Assembly (NCBI GenBank): GCA_963771465.1
Contig: CAVYTU010000008.1
Location: 128,001-192,000, forward strand
Source of the DNA: an uncultured delta proteobacterium
GTDB lineage: Bacteria; Desulfobacterota; Binatia; UBA9968
Reading direction: 5' to 3'
DNA: 64,000 nucleotides
Part shown: in pieces, positions 44,097-53,594 of the stretch
How the letters are laid out: each line of letters begins with the position of its first letter
How positions within the stretch are numbered: position 1 is the stretch's first letter
Notes under the pieces: model-generated
What the model saw: the letters and a program-made list of their open reading frames with translations, nothing else
Database searches by the model: none
Told to the model about the DNA's origin: nothing
Position numbers and translations under genes: made by a program

Positions 44097-45512
44097 TTAA
44101 TCTTCCCCCAAAAACTTGCCCCACTTGGCGTTGGTCTCTTTTACCAACTCTTCGGCGATCTGTGTGGTGGCGGGAAACTCATCGATCCAATGATAGGGAC
44201 GGCAGGCGTCGATGATCGCCACCGAGCCGGTGTAATCCGCCACTTCTTTTTTATTTTTCGGCAAGCGCGGATCGATTTTGTAGCTCCAAATGCGCCGCGA
44301 GATATCCACCGAGGTTTCGGGATCGCAGCGCGTCGCGATCGCCCACAGCACTTGTTCGAGATTATACGGGTCGATATCTTCGTCGACGACGATGACGAAT
44401 CGGCCGTGATAACCCGCGGTCCCGCCGATGGCGCCGTGAGCGGCGCGCATGGCATGGCCGGGATAAGCCTGCTTGAGCGAGATGATGCACATGCCCCAGG
44501 AATAGTTGATCGCTTTGATGTCCGGAATGCCAAGCGCTTCGAGCTCGTTCCAGACCAGGATTCCGCGCGAAGTGAGAATGCCGCGGCTGGTGCCCAAAAA
44601 CGGCGGAGCGCCGAGTATGATCGGGTTGTTACGATAGAGAATGCTTTTGATGATCGTGACCGGCGCCGGCCGCGCGCCGCCGCCGTAGTAACCGGAAAAT
44701 TCACCGAACGGTCCTTCGACCTCCAAGCCGGCGTCGGGCGGCAACATCTCGCCCTCCAAGACGACTTCTGCGGACGCAGGAATCGGTAAATCCGTGAACT
44801 CGCCTTTGGTGACTTCCACCGGCGCGCCGCGCATCCAACCGGCGTAGCCGTATTCCGCCGCGCCCCAAGTCAGGTTGGTGCCGGCGGCGATCAACAGCGC
44901 CGGGTCTTGACCCAGCGAGATCGCCACCGGGCAAGGCTTGCCCTTTGCCCAATATTTTTTTCTGATCACGTCGCCGTGGTGGCCCGAGCCGATGTGGGCG
45001 ACCATCTTATTTTTGCCGAGCAACATGTAGCGATACGAGCCGACGTTGACATAGCCCGACTCGGGATCGCGGGTCACCGATGAAGTCGCGCAAATATACG
45101 GGCCGCCGTCCCGTTGATGCCACTTGGGCCACGGGAAGCGGGTCAGATCGACGTCGCCGCCGACCATGACGTTTTCTTTGACCGGTCCGTCCTTAACTTC
45201 CTTGGGCTCGATGGGCGCGAACTCTTTGGAGTGGTTCTTCCAATAGAGCACCGCTTCAGGATCGGTGAGATCGTTGGATACGCCGAAGACCATCCGCTCG
45301 CGCATGCTGTTGGCGACGAAATTGGTCAGCACGCGAAAGCCCTTGGGAAAACCCTTGATCGAGTCGAACAGCACCGCCGGGCAGGATTTCTTGAACGACG
45401 CGACTTCAGTAATCGCGCCGATTTCCAGCTCGCAGCTCGCGCCTTCGACGGTTTTGAGCTGTCCCAGCTCGTCGATGGTGGAAATAAAATGTCTAAGGTC
45501 GTTGAATTTCAC
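44097..45512 (-). CDS. UbiD-family (prFMN-dependent) decarboxylase
   Basis: NVGSYR, EGPFGEFSGYY, VVDEDIDP, VLWAIATRCDP. Confidence 0.92.
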   Translation of the reverse strand: MKFNDLRHFISTIDELGQLKTVEGASCELEIGAITEVASFKKSCPAVLFDSIKGFPKGFRVLTNFVANSMRERMVFGVSNDLTDPEAVLYWKNHSKEFAPIEPKEVKDGPVKENVMVGGDVDLTRFPWPKWHQRDGGPYICATSSVTRDPESGYVNVGSYRYMLLGKNKMVAHIGSGHHGDVIRKKYWAKGKPCPVAISLGQDPALLIAAGTNLTWGAAEYGYAGWMRGAPVEVTKGEFTDLPIPASAEVVLEGEMLPPDAGLEVEGPFGEFSGYYGGGARPAPVTIIKSILYRNNPIILGAPPFLGTSRGILTSRGILVWNELEALGIPDIKAINYSWGMCIISLKQAYPGHAMRAAHGAIGGTAGYHGRFVIVVDEDIDPYNLEQVLWAIATRCDPETSVDISRRIWSYKIDPRLPKNKKEVADYTGSVAIIDACRPYHWIDEFPATTQIAEELVKETNAKWGKFLGED

Positions 45513-45973
45513 TTGCTACTCCTATCGTAGGTTTTTGTAACGAGACTTGTCGTTGCGCATGATCGTCACTTTGATCGGCATGCCGCGCGACGCCCGACAC
45601 GAAAGCCGGCAGCGCTCGGTCGCCGCCTCTTGCTGCAATCTTCACATCTAGCTAATCGCTTCAATATAATTGCGGCGGTAAAAACGCAATCCTACTTTCG
45701 TCTCGGAATGCTGAAAAAACTCGTGACAGGTTTGGCGCACGGTTCCGCCGGATCGACATGCGGCAGATGGTCGGCACTCGCAAGCGTTACTTAACTGCGA
45801 ACCGGCAATGGTCTGATGAAAACTCTTCCTGCGCCATGGTGGCGCCAGCGGATACGACGGCGCTTATTTTCGGTGAAAGCCTGATAGCCGAACGGCTCGG
45901 CTTGAGAAGTGGATTGGGGGCGGGATTTCGTCCCGAGTTCAGAAGCCTAATTGGAACTCTTCGTATTTGATCG

Positions 45974-47152
45974 TCAATCGCCTTTGACATTTACAATTTG
46001 TTTCAACGTGTGATCGACTTTCACGAGCTCTTTTGAATTCTCCATGACTTCATCGATGTCTTTGTAGGCCATCGGTAATTCGTCGATCAATTTGGCCGAG
46101 TGTCGGCATTCGATTCCGACCATGGCTTTTTTGAAATCCGCCATGTTGAAGCGCCGGCGTGCCTCACCGCGTGAAAATCTTCGCCCTGCACCATGCGGCG
46201 CGGAATGATAAGCCATCTGGTTTTCGAGGCCGGAGACAATGTAACTCCTCGTTCCCATCGACCCGGGAATCACTCCCTTCTGCCCGGCTTTCATTTGAAT
46301 CGCGCCTTTGCGGGTAACCCAAACATTTTCGTTGAAGTGGTTTTCTCTTTGGGTGAAATTATGGTGGCAGTTGATCCGCTCCAGTTCGATTTCCTTTTGA
46401 TGGCCGTCCTCTTTGTAAAATAAATACGAGAGCTCGGTCATGACTCGGTCCATCATTTCTTCGCGATTGAGCAGCGCGAAGTCCTGGGCCCAGAGAAGAT
46501 CGGTTATATAATGATTAAACTCAGCTCTATTCTCCGAAAGATAAGCCAGATCTCGGTCCTTAAGTTGAATCGACTTTTCCTCCATGATCTTTTGCGCGAT
46601 CTTAATGTGTTTCATGGCGAGTTTATTGCCTATCCCGCGCGATCCGGAATGAAGCACGACCCAGACCTGATCCGATTCGTCGAGAGATATTTCGATGAAA
46701 TGGTTGCCGGAGCCTAACGAGCCGACTGCCTCCGTCCACTTCTTATCCACCGCATCGTAATCGCTTTTCGCCGCGCGTTTGAGCTGGAGAACTCGTTTCT
46801 CGGCGCTGTCGGTAAGTTGTCGATTGAATTTGCCCGCGCCTAGAGGGATGCGGCGCTCGATCCCTGTCCTGACTTTTTCCAGGGTCTCGGGTAGGTCTTT
46901 GGCGAAAAATTTGGTCTTGACCGCGATCATGCCGCAACCGATATCAACACCGACTGCCGCGGGAATCACTGCTCCTTTTGTCGCGATCACAGACCCAACC
47001 GTAGCGCCTTTGCCCAAATGACAGTCCGGCATGACGGCAATGTGTTTGAATATGAATGGCAGTTGGGAAATATTTTCGAGCTGCTGCTTGGCGCTAGGCT
47101 CGATTGTCTTCGGGTCCAGAAATGTTACGATTTTGTCGTTTATTTTTTCCAT
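45974..47152 (-). CDS. rtcB: RNA-splicing ligase RtcB
   Basis: MPDCHLGKG, GVDIGCG, GSGNHF, HSGSRG, CHHN, PGSMG, HGAGR, AYKDI. Confidence 0.95.
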   Translation of the reverse strand: MEKINDKIVTFLDPKTIEPSAKQQLENISQLPFIFKHIAVMPDCHLGKGATVGSVIATKGAVIPAAVGVDIGCGMIAVKTKFFAKDLPETLEKVRTGIERRIPLGAGKFNRQLTDSAEKRVLQLKRAAKSDYDAVDKKWTEAVGSLGSGNHFIEISLDESDQVWVVLHSGSRGIGNKLAMKHIKIAQKIMEEKSIQLKDRDLAYLSENRAEFNHYITDLLWAQDFALLNREEMMDRVMTELSYLFYKEDGHQKEIELERINCHHNFTQRENHFNENVWVTRKGAIQMKAGQKGVIPGSMGTRSYIVSGLENQMAYHSAPHGAGRRFSRGEARRRFNMADFKKAMVGIECRHSAKLIDELPMAYKDIDEVMENSKELVKVDHTLKQIVNVKGD

Positions 47153-47258
47153 AACTTTATTGTACCAAACGGTTCGGCAATCCGAAGGGGATCAACGATG
47201 GCGACCCCTGCGATAAAATTTGCTAAAGGATCGCTATGCCCGCTGCCAGACCTTCCCC

Positions 47259-47412
47259 AGCAGGTTGCTGAAAAAAGGCTTCTTGCAGGCTGCTCAAAAA
47301 GATCCAGAGGCGAGGCGCGCGAAAAATCGACGAGCGGAGGCGTACATCGGCAGTACGTTGACGCGAGGCGATTGAGCGGAACGAAGCATATGGGTCTTTT
47401 TCAGCAGCCTGC
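47259..47412. mobile_element. MITE-like element with a duplicated left terminal inverted repeat
   Basis: GCAGGTTGCTGAAAAA (47260) and GCAGGCTGCTCAAAAAG (47285) versus CTTTTTCAGCAGCCTGC (47396-47412); no transposase. Confidence 0.7.
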
Positions 47413-48253
47413 GAGCGAGGGAATAATCGTTCATCTGATCGACGGCACCTACGAGTTGTTCCGCCACTTTTACGGCCTGCGCCGCTTCAACAAGGGCGAG
47501 GATAAGCCCTTCGGCGCGGTGATCGGCGTGCTCAATACCGTTTTGCAGATGATCGAGACCGGCGCGACTCACGTCGGTGTGGCCACCGATCACGTCATCG
47601 AGTCTTTTCGCAATGCTCTCTGGTCCGACTACAAGACCGGCGCCGGCATCGAGCCCGCGCTGCTCGCCCAATTCCACCCGCTCGAAGACGCGCTCACGGC
47701 GATGGGTGTGGCTGTCTGGCCGATGATCGAGCTCGAGGCCGACGACGCGCTTGCCTCCGCGGCGCAGATCGCCGCCGAAGACGAGAGAGTGCAGAAAGTT
47801 TCCATCTGGACGCCCGACAAGGATCTGGCGCAGTGCGTTCGCGGCGACCGAGTCGTGCAGGTTGACCGCAGAAGTCAGAAGATCCGCGATGCCGCAGGAG
47901 TGCGCGAAAAGTTCGGCGTGGAGCCCGCCCTGATTCCCGACTTTCTCGCGCTCGTCGGCGACGCCGCCGACGGCTATCCAGGCATTCCGGGGATCGGCGC
48001 GGTCAGCGCCGCGCGGCTCCTGAATAAACACGGCATCATCGAGGACTTCCCAGCCACAGTATTGGGAGACAAACGCGAGCTCGCGTTATTGTTCAAGCGC
48101 CTCGCAACGCTCCGAACCGACGCGCGCCTCTTCCGCAACGTGGACGAGCTGCGCTGGCGCGGCCCGACCGACGCATTCGCCGCGTGTGTGGAGCGGTTGG
48201 GAGACCCACGTCTGCTGCAGCGCTGTCTTGCGGCACAAAAGGTAACTCAATAG
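47390..48253 (+). CDS. Stand-alone 5'-3' exonuclease / flap endonuclease (PolA N-terminal-like)
   Basis: VHLIDG, YKTG, EADD, DKDLAQ, LVGDAADGYPGIPGIG; start uncertain (ATG 47390 inside the MITE, or ATA 47423). Confidence 0.88.
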   Translation: MGLFQQPASEGIIVHLIDGTYELFRHFYGLRRFNKGEDKPFGAVIGVLNTVLQMIETGATHVGVATDHVIESFRNALWSDYKTGAGIEPALLAQFHPLEDALTAMGVAVWPMIELEADDALASAAQIAAEDERVQKVSIWTPDKDLAQCVRGDRVVQVDRRSQKIRDAAGVREKFGVEPALIPDFLALVGDAADGYPGIPGIGAVSAARLLNKHGIIEDFPATVLGDKRELALLFKRLATLRTDARLFRNVDELRWRGPTDAFAACVERLGDPRLLQRCLAAQKVTQ

Positions 48254-48437
48254 ACTGTTCCGTCCAAAAATCGCGAGAGGATATCGTTGAGGAAAGATTA
48301 TCAAGATTATGTATGTCCGCCTTTCATGAGCTTGCTATAGGTGTATTTACGGTAAAAAATTAGAGGGTGTGCACGCCGTCAGCCGTTTTGTGAACTAATT
48401 CCTCTCACCCGGCCACACGTGCAGATGAGAGGAAGGT

Positions 48438-50450
48438 TCACCGCAGTTCAGGAATGCCAAGCTCGGAAAGGTAGTTAAAAGTTGAATCGTAAAATTCAGA
48501 CGACCGAGTCGGATCAATCGAGTCCCCAGGCGGGACAAAAATAACCATTCCTTGCCGAGCGCGAGTGAGCAGGACTCGGTATGCATTGCAAAGGTAGCGC
48601 TGGTGGTCGGGCTTCGCGACATTGATCCATCGACGACCTCGGAAGTCATGAAAGCTCCATCCAGAACCAGTGAAACGCAGGTCCCCGTCCCAAGTCACAC
48701 ACGCCCAGTCTAATTCCAAACCCTGAACCTGAAACTCCGTCGCGGCATCTTCGAGATAGTAGCTTGACCGCGTATCGTCCTTGTCGTTGAGAAACCAATG
48801 CACCGGATCAACGTCCACTCGAATATCAATCGCGTGAGGTTTCAGACGTTGTGCTTTCGATGACGCGACTAACCCGAACCGCTCAGTTCCCCTGGCATGG
48901 GAGCGAATCCATTGCTTTGCCCGACTTAGGTCCCGCGTAACAGTGATCGGATAGCGATCGGCGATTCGTGCGAATGTGTCGCGTGCTTGTTGCTTTTCGC
49001 AATCGAGGAGAGCCTTGACGAATGCTGAAACATTTTCCGCCCGAAACGATCTCATGGAGACGGCGAGATGTAGGCAGTCGTCGAAGTGAGTGTTCTGTCG
49101 CTGACGTACAGCATCTAAAGCTTTGCCAGCCGCGTATTCGCTGTCGGTGAGTCTAGATGAAATATGCGTGTGCCAGTGGGGAAATCTCGAATTCACCGCT
49201 TCAAGCCAGGCATCGATTCCGGCTTCGCCGGTGTGGATCTCCTGACCGCCCCCGACAAGACAAACGATAACAGCCCATTCTGTATGCCGATCCATACACG
49301 AAATTAAGAACTGAGGCTCGGAGTCCGCGAACCCTGGCCGATTCTTTTTTCGCTGCATGAAATTCGCTGTTTGTTGTACGTTCCACGCGCGCTGCGCTTC
49401 GTCGAAAATCACAACGTGCTCCGCCGGAGCGCCTGGATGGTCTAATGCCTCGTCGCGAAAGTTATGAACGTTCTGGATAAAAGCTTTGACACTTTCGCCA
49501 ACCTTTCCCTTTCGAACTCGAATACCTTGGCCCCTTTGACGTTCAACCTCGTCTCGGGTCAATGCTTCACGTAGAACAGCGACAAGCGGACCGTTCCCTG
49601 AAAGAAAGACAGCGTGCGTTGGTTGGCCAGCGTCTCGGCGTCGCGTGGCAATGTTTAGCCCCACCAGTGTTTTCCCAGCTCCCGGGACACCCGTCACGAA
49701 GCAAATGAGTTTATGTCTTTGTGCTCTAGCTTCGTCCACCAATTCTTCAATTCGTGACGAAGTGACGCGCAAGTTTTGCGCGCCAGCATCGTAACGAGCG
49801 ATAGCTTCAACGGAATGCTGGGCATACAAAGCCCGAGCAGCTTCTACGATGGTGGGTGTCGGATGATACGGAGCACTCAGCCATTTCTGACTATCGATTA
49901 CTTCGTCCGTTACGGTCTGCAGTGCTACGTCAATCGCTTTGCGAAAACCGGCGGGATGTACATGAATAGGACGATATACCTTGTCTTCGTCGGCATGAAG
50001 TCGTAACGCAGTCGACTCAGTAGCCTCGGTGGCGATGAGAATAGGTATAATCGAAGCAGAGTGGCTGGCTTCGTGAAAGTTCTTCAGGTCCAAAGCATAA
50101 TCCCACACCTGATCCACTGCCGAACGTTCAAACTTACTTTCGCCAACTTTGAACTCTATAACAAACACAACAGGGCCGACGATTAGCACCGTATCAATCC
50201 GCCGGCCCATACGTGGGATATTGAACTCCAAAAACAACGCGCCCGTCAGACCGACTAGGCGATCTTGCAGAAATCCAATCTGCGCCAACCACGCATCCTT
50301 CTGAGTTGGTAGCAGAGCGAAGTTGCCGTTTATTACCAGTTGTCCAACAATCGTTTCTGGTTGGGCTTGGAGGAATTCAGGAATGGATGCTCCGTACCAC
50401 GCTCGGGACAATGCCGCTAAGATGCGGGCTCGTTCAGGCGGTGCTTCCAT
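48438..50450 (-). CDS. DUF2075 / Schlafen group 3-like SF1 helicase with N-terminal nuclease-like domain
   Basis: RRIDTV...VIEFK; Walker A GVPGAGKT; FDEAQR; QGLELD; YRVLLTRARQG; lower GC. Confidence 0.88.
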   Translation of the reverse strand: MEAPPERARILAALSRAWYGASIPEFLQAQPETIVGQLVINGNFALLPTQKDAWLAQIGFLQDRLVGLTGALFLEFNIPRMGRRIDTVLIVGPVVFVIEFKVGESKFERSAVDQVWDYALDLKNFHEASHSASIIPILIATEATESTALRLHADEDKVYRPIHVHPAGFRKAIDVALQTVTDEVIDSQKWLSAPYHPTPTIVEAARALYAQHSVEAIARYDAGAQNLRVTSSRIEELVDEARAQRHKLICFVTGVPGAGKTLVGLNIATRRRDAGQPTHAVFLSGNGPLVAVLREALTRDEVERQRGQGIRVRKGKVGESVKAFIQNVHNFRDEALDHPGAPAEHVVIFDEAQRAWNVQQTANFMQRKKNRPGFADSEPQFLISCMDRHTEWAVIVCLVGGGQEIHTGEAGIDAWLEAVNSRFPHWHTHISSRLTDSEYAAGKALDAVRQRQNTHFDDCLHLAVSMRSFRAENVSAFVKALLDCEKQQARDTFARIADRYPITVTRDLSRAKQWIRSHARGTERFGLVASSKAQRLKPHAIDIRVDVDPVHWFLNDKDDTRSSYYLEDAATEFQVQGLELDWACVTWDGDLRFTGSGWSFHDFRGRRWINVAKPDHQRYLCNAYRVLLTRARQGMVIFVPPGDSIDPTRSSEFYDSTFNYLSELGIPELR

Positions 50451-50632
50451 TCGCGGGATGATGCCAACAAAAGTCGTCGAAGTGAAGCGTGAATTGTTGC
50501 CTCTGCTCGCGGTTTGTCTTTGCTTCTTTGATATTTCTGCACTCCCATTTCCATTCCCTTGACCGCTCCCTACGCCCGCCCTATGATCCGCGGGTGTTTC
50601 CCGTCCTAAACCTCGGCAGTCCGGAGGGTGCG

Positions 50633-51661
50633 ATGAAACGCTTCGCGTGCGCGCTGTTGTTTGTGCTGGCGTCGGTAACGAACCTGCAAGCTCAGACGCC
50701 GTTCTATCAAGGAAAAACCATCCGGATCATCGTCGGCAATCTGGCCGGCGACGCCTACGATCTCTGGGCGAGAATCTTCGCCCAGCACATGGGCAAGTAC
50801 ATACCGGGAAATCCCACCTTCATCGTGCAGAACATGACTGGAGCGGGAGGAGTGGTCGCGGCCAACTATGTTTATACTGTGGCGAAGCCGGACGGGCTGA
50901 CCCTCGGCACATTTGGCCCGTCGATGTACTTCGATCAACTGGCGAGGCGCCCGGAAGTCCAGTTCGACTGGGCGAAATTCACCTGGATCGGCAACCCGGA
51001 GCAAACGGAATTTATCCTCGTCATGAGGACGGACACGCCGTATCAATCGATCGAGGACGTGCGCAAAGCGGCGCAGCCGCCCAAGTGCGGCGCCACGGGC
51101 ACGAGCACTTCCGGTTATTACATGCCAAAATTTTTGGACGACGGGCTCGGCATCAAGTTCAATATCGTGACCGGCTATCCCGGCGGCGGCGAGATCGACC
51201 TCGGCATCGAGCGCGGCGAGCTGCACTGCCGCAATTTGACGATCAGCACTTACTTCGCCCGCGAGCCGTTTCTGACCTGGCACAAGAAAGGGTTCGTCCG
51301 GCCGATCCTGCAAACCGGGAAAAAAAGAGATCCGCTAGTCCCAGACGTGCCGTCCATCTATGAATTGATGGACCAACTCAAAACGCCGGAGGCGACCCGG
51401 CGGGTGGCGACAGTGCTGCTCGCGCCCGCGGTCTTCGGCCGGCCGATGGTGGCGACGCCGGGCGTGCCGCCCGATAGAGTGAAAATCTTGCGCGACGCGT
51501 ACCACCGGTCGCTCAAAGATCCCGCGCTGCTGGAAGAGTTGAAGAAAAGACGCTGGGTCGTGGATGCAATCAGCGGCGAGGAGTTGGCGAAGCTGGCGAA
51601 AGAAGTGGTTACGCAGCCGCCGGATGTCGTCGAACGGATGATGAAGCTGTTGGGAAACTAG
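50633..51661 (+). CDS. Tripartite tricarboxylate transporter substrate-binding protein (Bug/TctC)
   Basis: FYQGKTI, NMTGAGG, AKPDG, GYPGG, PDVP; ATG 50633 with RBS GGAGG. Confidence 0.88.
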   Translation: MKRFACALLFVLASVTNLQAQTPFYQGKTIRIIVGNLAGDAYDLWARIFAQHMGKYIPGNPTFIVQNMTGAGGVVAANYVYTVAKPDGLTLGTFGPSMYFDQLARRPEVQFDWAKFTWIGNPEQTEFILVMRTDTPYQSIEDVRKAAQPPKCGATGTSTSGYYMPKFLDDGLGIKFNIVTGYPGGGEIDLGIERGELHCRNLTISTYFAREPFLTWHKKGFVRPILQTGKKRDPLVPDVPSIYELMDQLKTPEATRRVATVLLAPAVFGRPMVATPGVPPDRVKILRDAYHRSLKDPALLEELKKRRWVVDAISGEELAKLAKEVVTQPPDVVERMMKLLGN

Positions 51662-51685
51662 CGCGGCTGGGTGCAGACGCGGGGT

Positions 51686-52003
51686 TTAGAGGCCAGCCGC
51701 AAACAACCTGTCGATGTCGACGGGCGAGTCGTCTTCGTCGTCACGAAAGCTGCCGCCATCCTCAATGACAGCCAACATCAGTTGAAGAAGAAGCTTCTGT
51801 GCCAACATGAGCGCTTGGAATGAGTCCACGCCGTGCATGTCCGCCAGCTTGGGCTGTAATCCTTCTAGAGCGACGGGACAGGCCCAATCCACGTCGCTAG
51901 CAGGATACGGCTTGCCGATACGCAGAGTCACAGGAACCCGCTGCCCATCGGGCTTAACGCACACCAACTTCCGCTCGGCTATGGCGTCTGTCATTGCTGG
52001 CAT
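51686..52003 (-). CDS. Small hypothetical protein (DUF6968-like)
   Basis: IAERKL...VTLRIGKP...WACPV...GVDSFQALMLA. Confidence 0.65.
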   Translation of the reverse strand: MPAMTDAIAERKLVCVKPDGQRVPVTLRIGKPYPASDVDWACPVALEGLQPKLADMHGVDSFQALMLAQKLLLQLMLAVIEDGGSFRDDEDDSPVDIDRLFAAGL

Positions 52004-52140
52004 CTAAGGCCCCGTTAAGCGACGCGCTGCAAAGGTTGTTGAATGAATTGACACTTATATCCCTCCCGTGTTCGCACTCTGATCGAAGCCGCCACGATAG
52101 CGACTACGAACACAGAACCGATGCCCAGTCGGAACTTGCA

Positions 52141-52430
52141 TTACCACCCATCCATCATTGAGGGACACGACTGTTGCTGCAAGCGTTCCAAGCGCGCAAC
52201 CTCCAAATCTATTGAGTCTGTCTGAATATCAAGATGCGCCCGCGCTTCATGACGAAGTCGCTGAATGATGACCTGCACGTCGCCGGGTGGCGTTACGAGC
52301 TGAATAAATCTGCCGGTTTCGTCCGAATCTTGGGGTAACGGGTAGCCCAGTGCGGCACTCCAAAACTGGGCCTCCAACAGAAGACATAAGCCAAGCAAGA
52401 CGATTTAATTGCTTGCAACGACTGTCATGC
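52141..52430 (-). pseudogene. Degraded VOC/glyoxalase family gene
   Basis: FWSAALGY and HLDIQTDSIDLEVARLE motifs; in-frame stop near the 5' end; C-terminus missing. Confidence 0.6.
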
Positions 52431-52859
52431 GTTCTAACTAATAATACACTGACCAACGTTTGCGGATACTAATATTGGCAAATACCGCCTGCAACGCAGG
52501 TTCATTCAACCCGCGCTTGATTAGCGATCAAATGCACATTACGAGAATTGCACGCAGGCCGACGAAGGTGGCCGATGGCTGGCCGATGGCAACGGAAACG
52601 GAAATTCCTACGCAGAGCCAGAAACGTTCGACGGAACCCATCTGACCAAAAATTAACTCGTCTCGGCGTCTTGACTCGACAGTTCACCCGACCCTAGTAT
52701 TTCACCTGCAATACCGTGCCCGGAATTATGGATCAATGCCACATGAAAAGTGCAAAATGCAAATTGAGACTGAGAGCTGTCCGGGAGCCCCGTCCGATCA
52801 TTTTTCATTTGCCAATTTGCACTTTAAATTTTGCATTTTTTTAACATCAAGGAGGAGCC

Positions 52860-53039
52860 ATGCCCACTGATGAAACGCGACGCGTGCTGAAAGTGTTTGG
52901 CGTTGCCGTGACGGCCTTCGAGGATGCGGTCGATAAAGGCGCAGCACCCGAAGAGCTGCGAAAAGCGGAGACCGAAGTGAAAACGCGCCTGGAGGAAATC
53001 ACGGTGCTGATCGAACAGCTGCGCGCCAAAAAAAAATAG
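52860..53039 (+). CDS. 59-aa helical hypothetical protein (below the ORF-track cut-off)
   Basis: AAGGAGG RBS; MPTDETRRVLKVFGVAVTAFEDAVDKGAAPEELRKAETEVKTRLEEITVLIEQLRAKKK. Confidence 0.75.
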   Translation: MPTDETRRVLKVFGVAVTAFEDAVDKGAAPEELRKAETEVKTRLEEITVLIEQLRAKKK

Positions 53040-53126
53040 TTACCGTTGCTTTTACCTGCAGGCTTTCATTCTCCCAATCCCCGATTGAGGTTCTATGTCG
53101 TCCGTTGCAAGTAAAGCCAGTACCGC

Positions 53127-53274
53127 TGTGCTAGTTTTGTGCTAGTTCAATCCACAAACACGAGCAATCACGAGCAGAGAAGAGCGGAAGAGAGGCGCTG
53201 GTTTTCTGTTGGTTTTTGCTGGTGATTGTCGGTATGCAGCGAACTATCACGAGACTCGAAATCAAGTGTGCGGG
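53127..53274 (+). mobile_element. Putative att-site remnant (arm-type repeats plus tRNA-Ser(CGA)-like fragment)
   Basis: TGTGCTAGTT twice (53127, 53138); GACTCGAAATCAAGTGTGCGGG at 53253-53274. Confidence 0.5.
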
Positions 53275-53594
53275 AAATATACCTGGCTCCTCTAGGCTGC
53301 GCAGAGCATCTGCAATCCTCGTGTCGTTTAGAGTTCGACGCTCACCATAGTTCAGGTCACTCGTTCTCTATGTAATTCGTTCCCTGGAGTTCCAATATGA
53401 ACTCCGATCAATTATCGTGTGCACGCCATGGGTAAGCATGCCTCGCGATTTGTCAGAACCGTGACCAGCGAAGTGGAGCGGGTGGTACAAGAGAGACGGC
53501 ACACGAGACTACGCCGTCGGCCCAGTCACAGCCAACCGCGCAGGTATATGGGCTGGGAGTTTTATGCGAGGCAACCAGCGGGGATCGGCGCGTA

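Noticed and set aside
45810-45850. HGAGRVF on the minus strand downstream of rtcB, like a second RtcB fragment
   Set aside because: Similarity limited to ~30 nt with no flanking support; likely chance
53240-53350. Functional tRNA gene
   Set aside because: No acceptor stem, D-arm or correctly spaced T-arm; only an anticodon-region fragment
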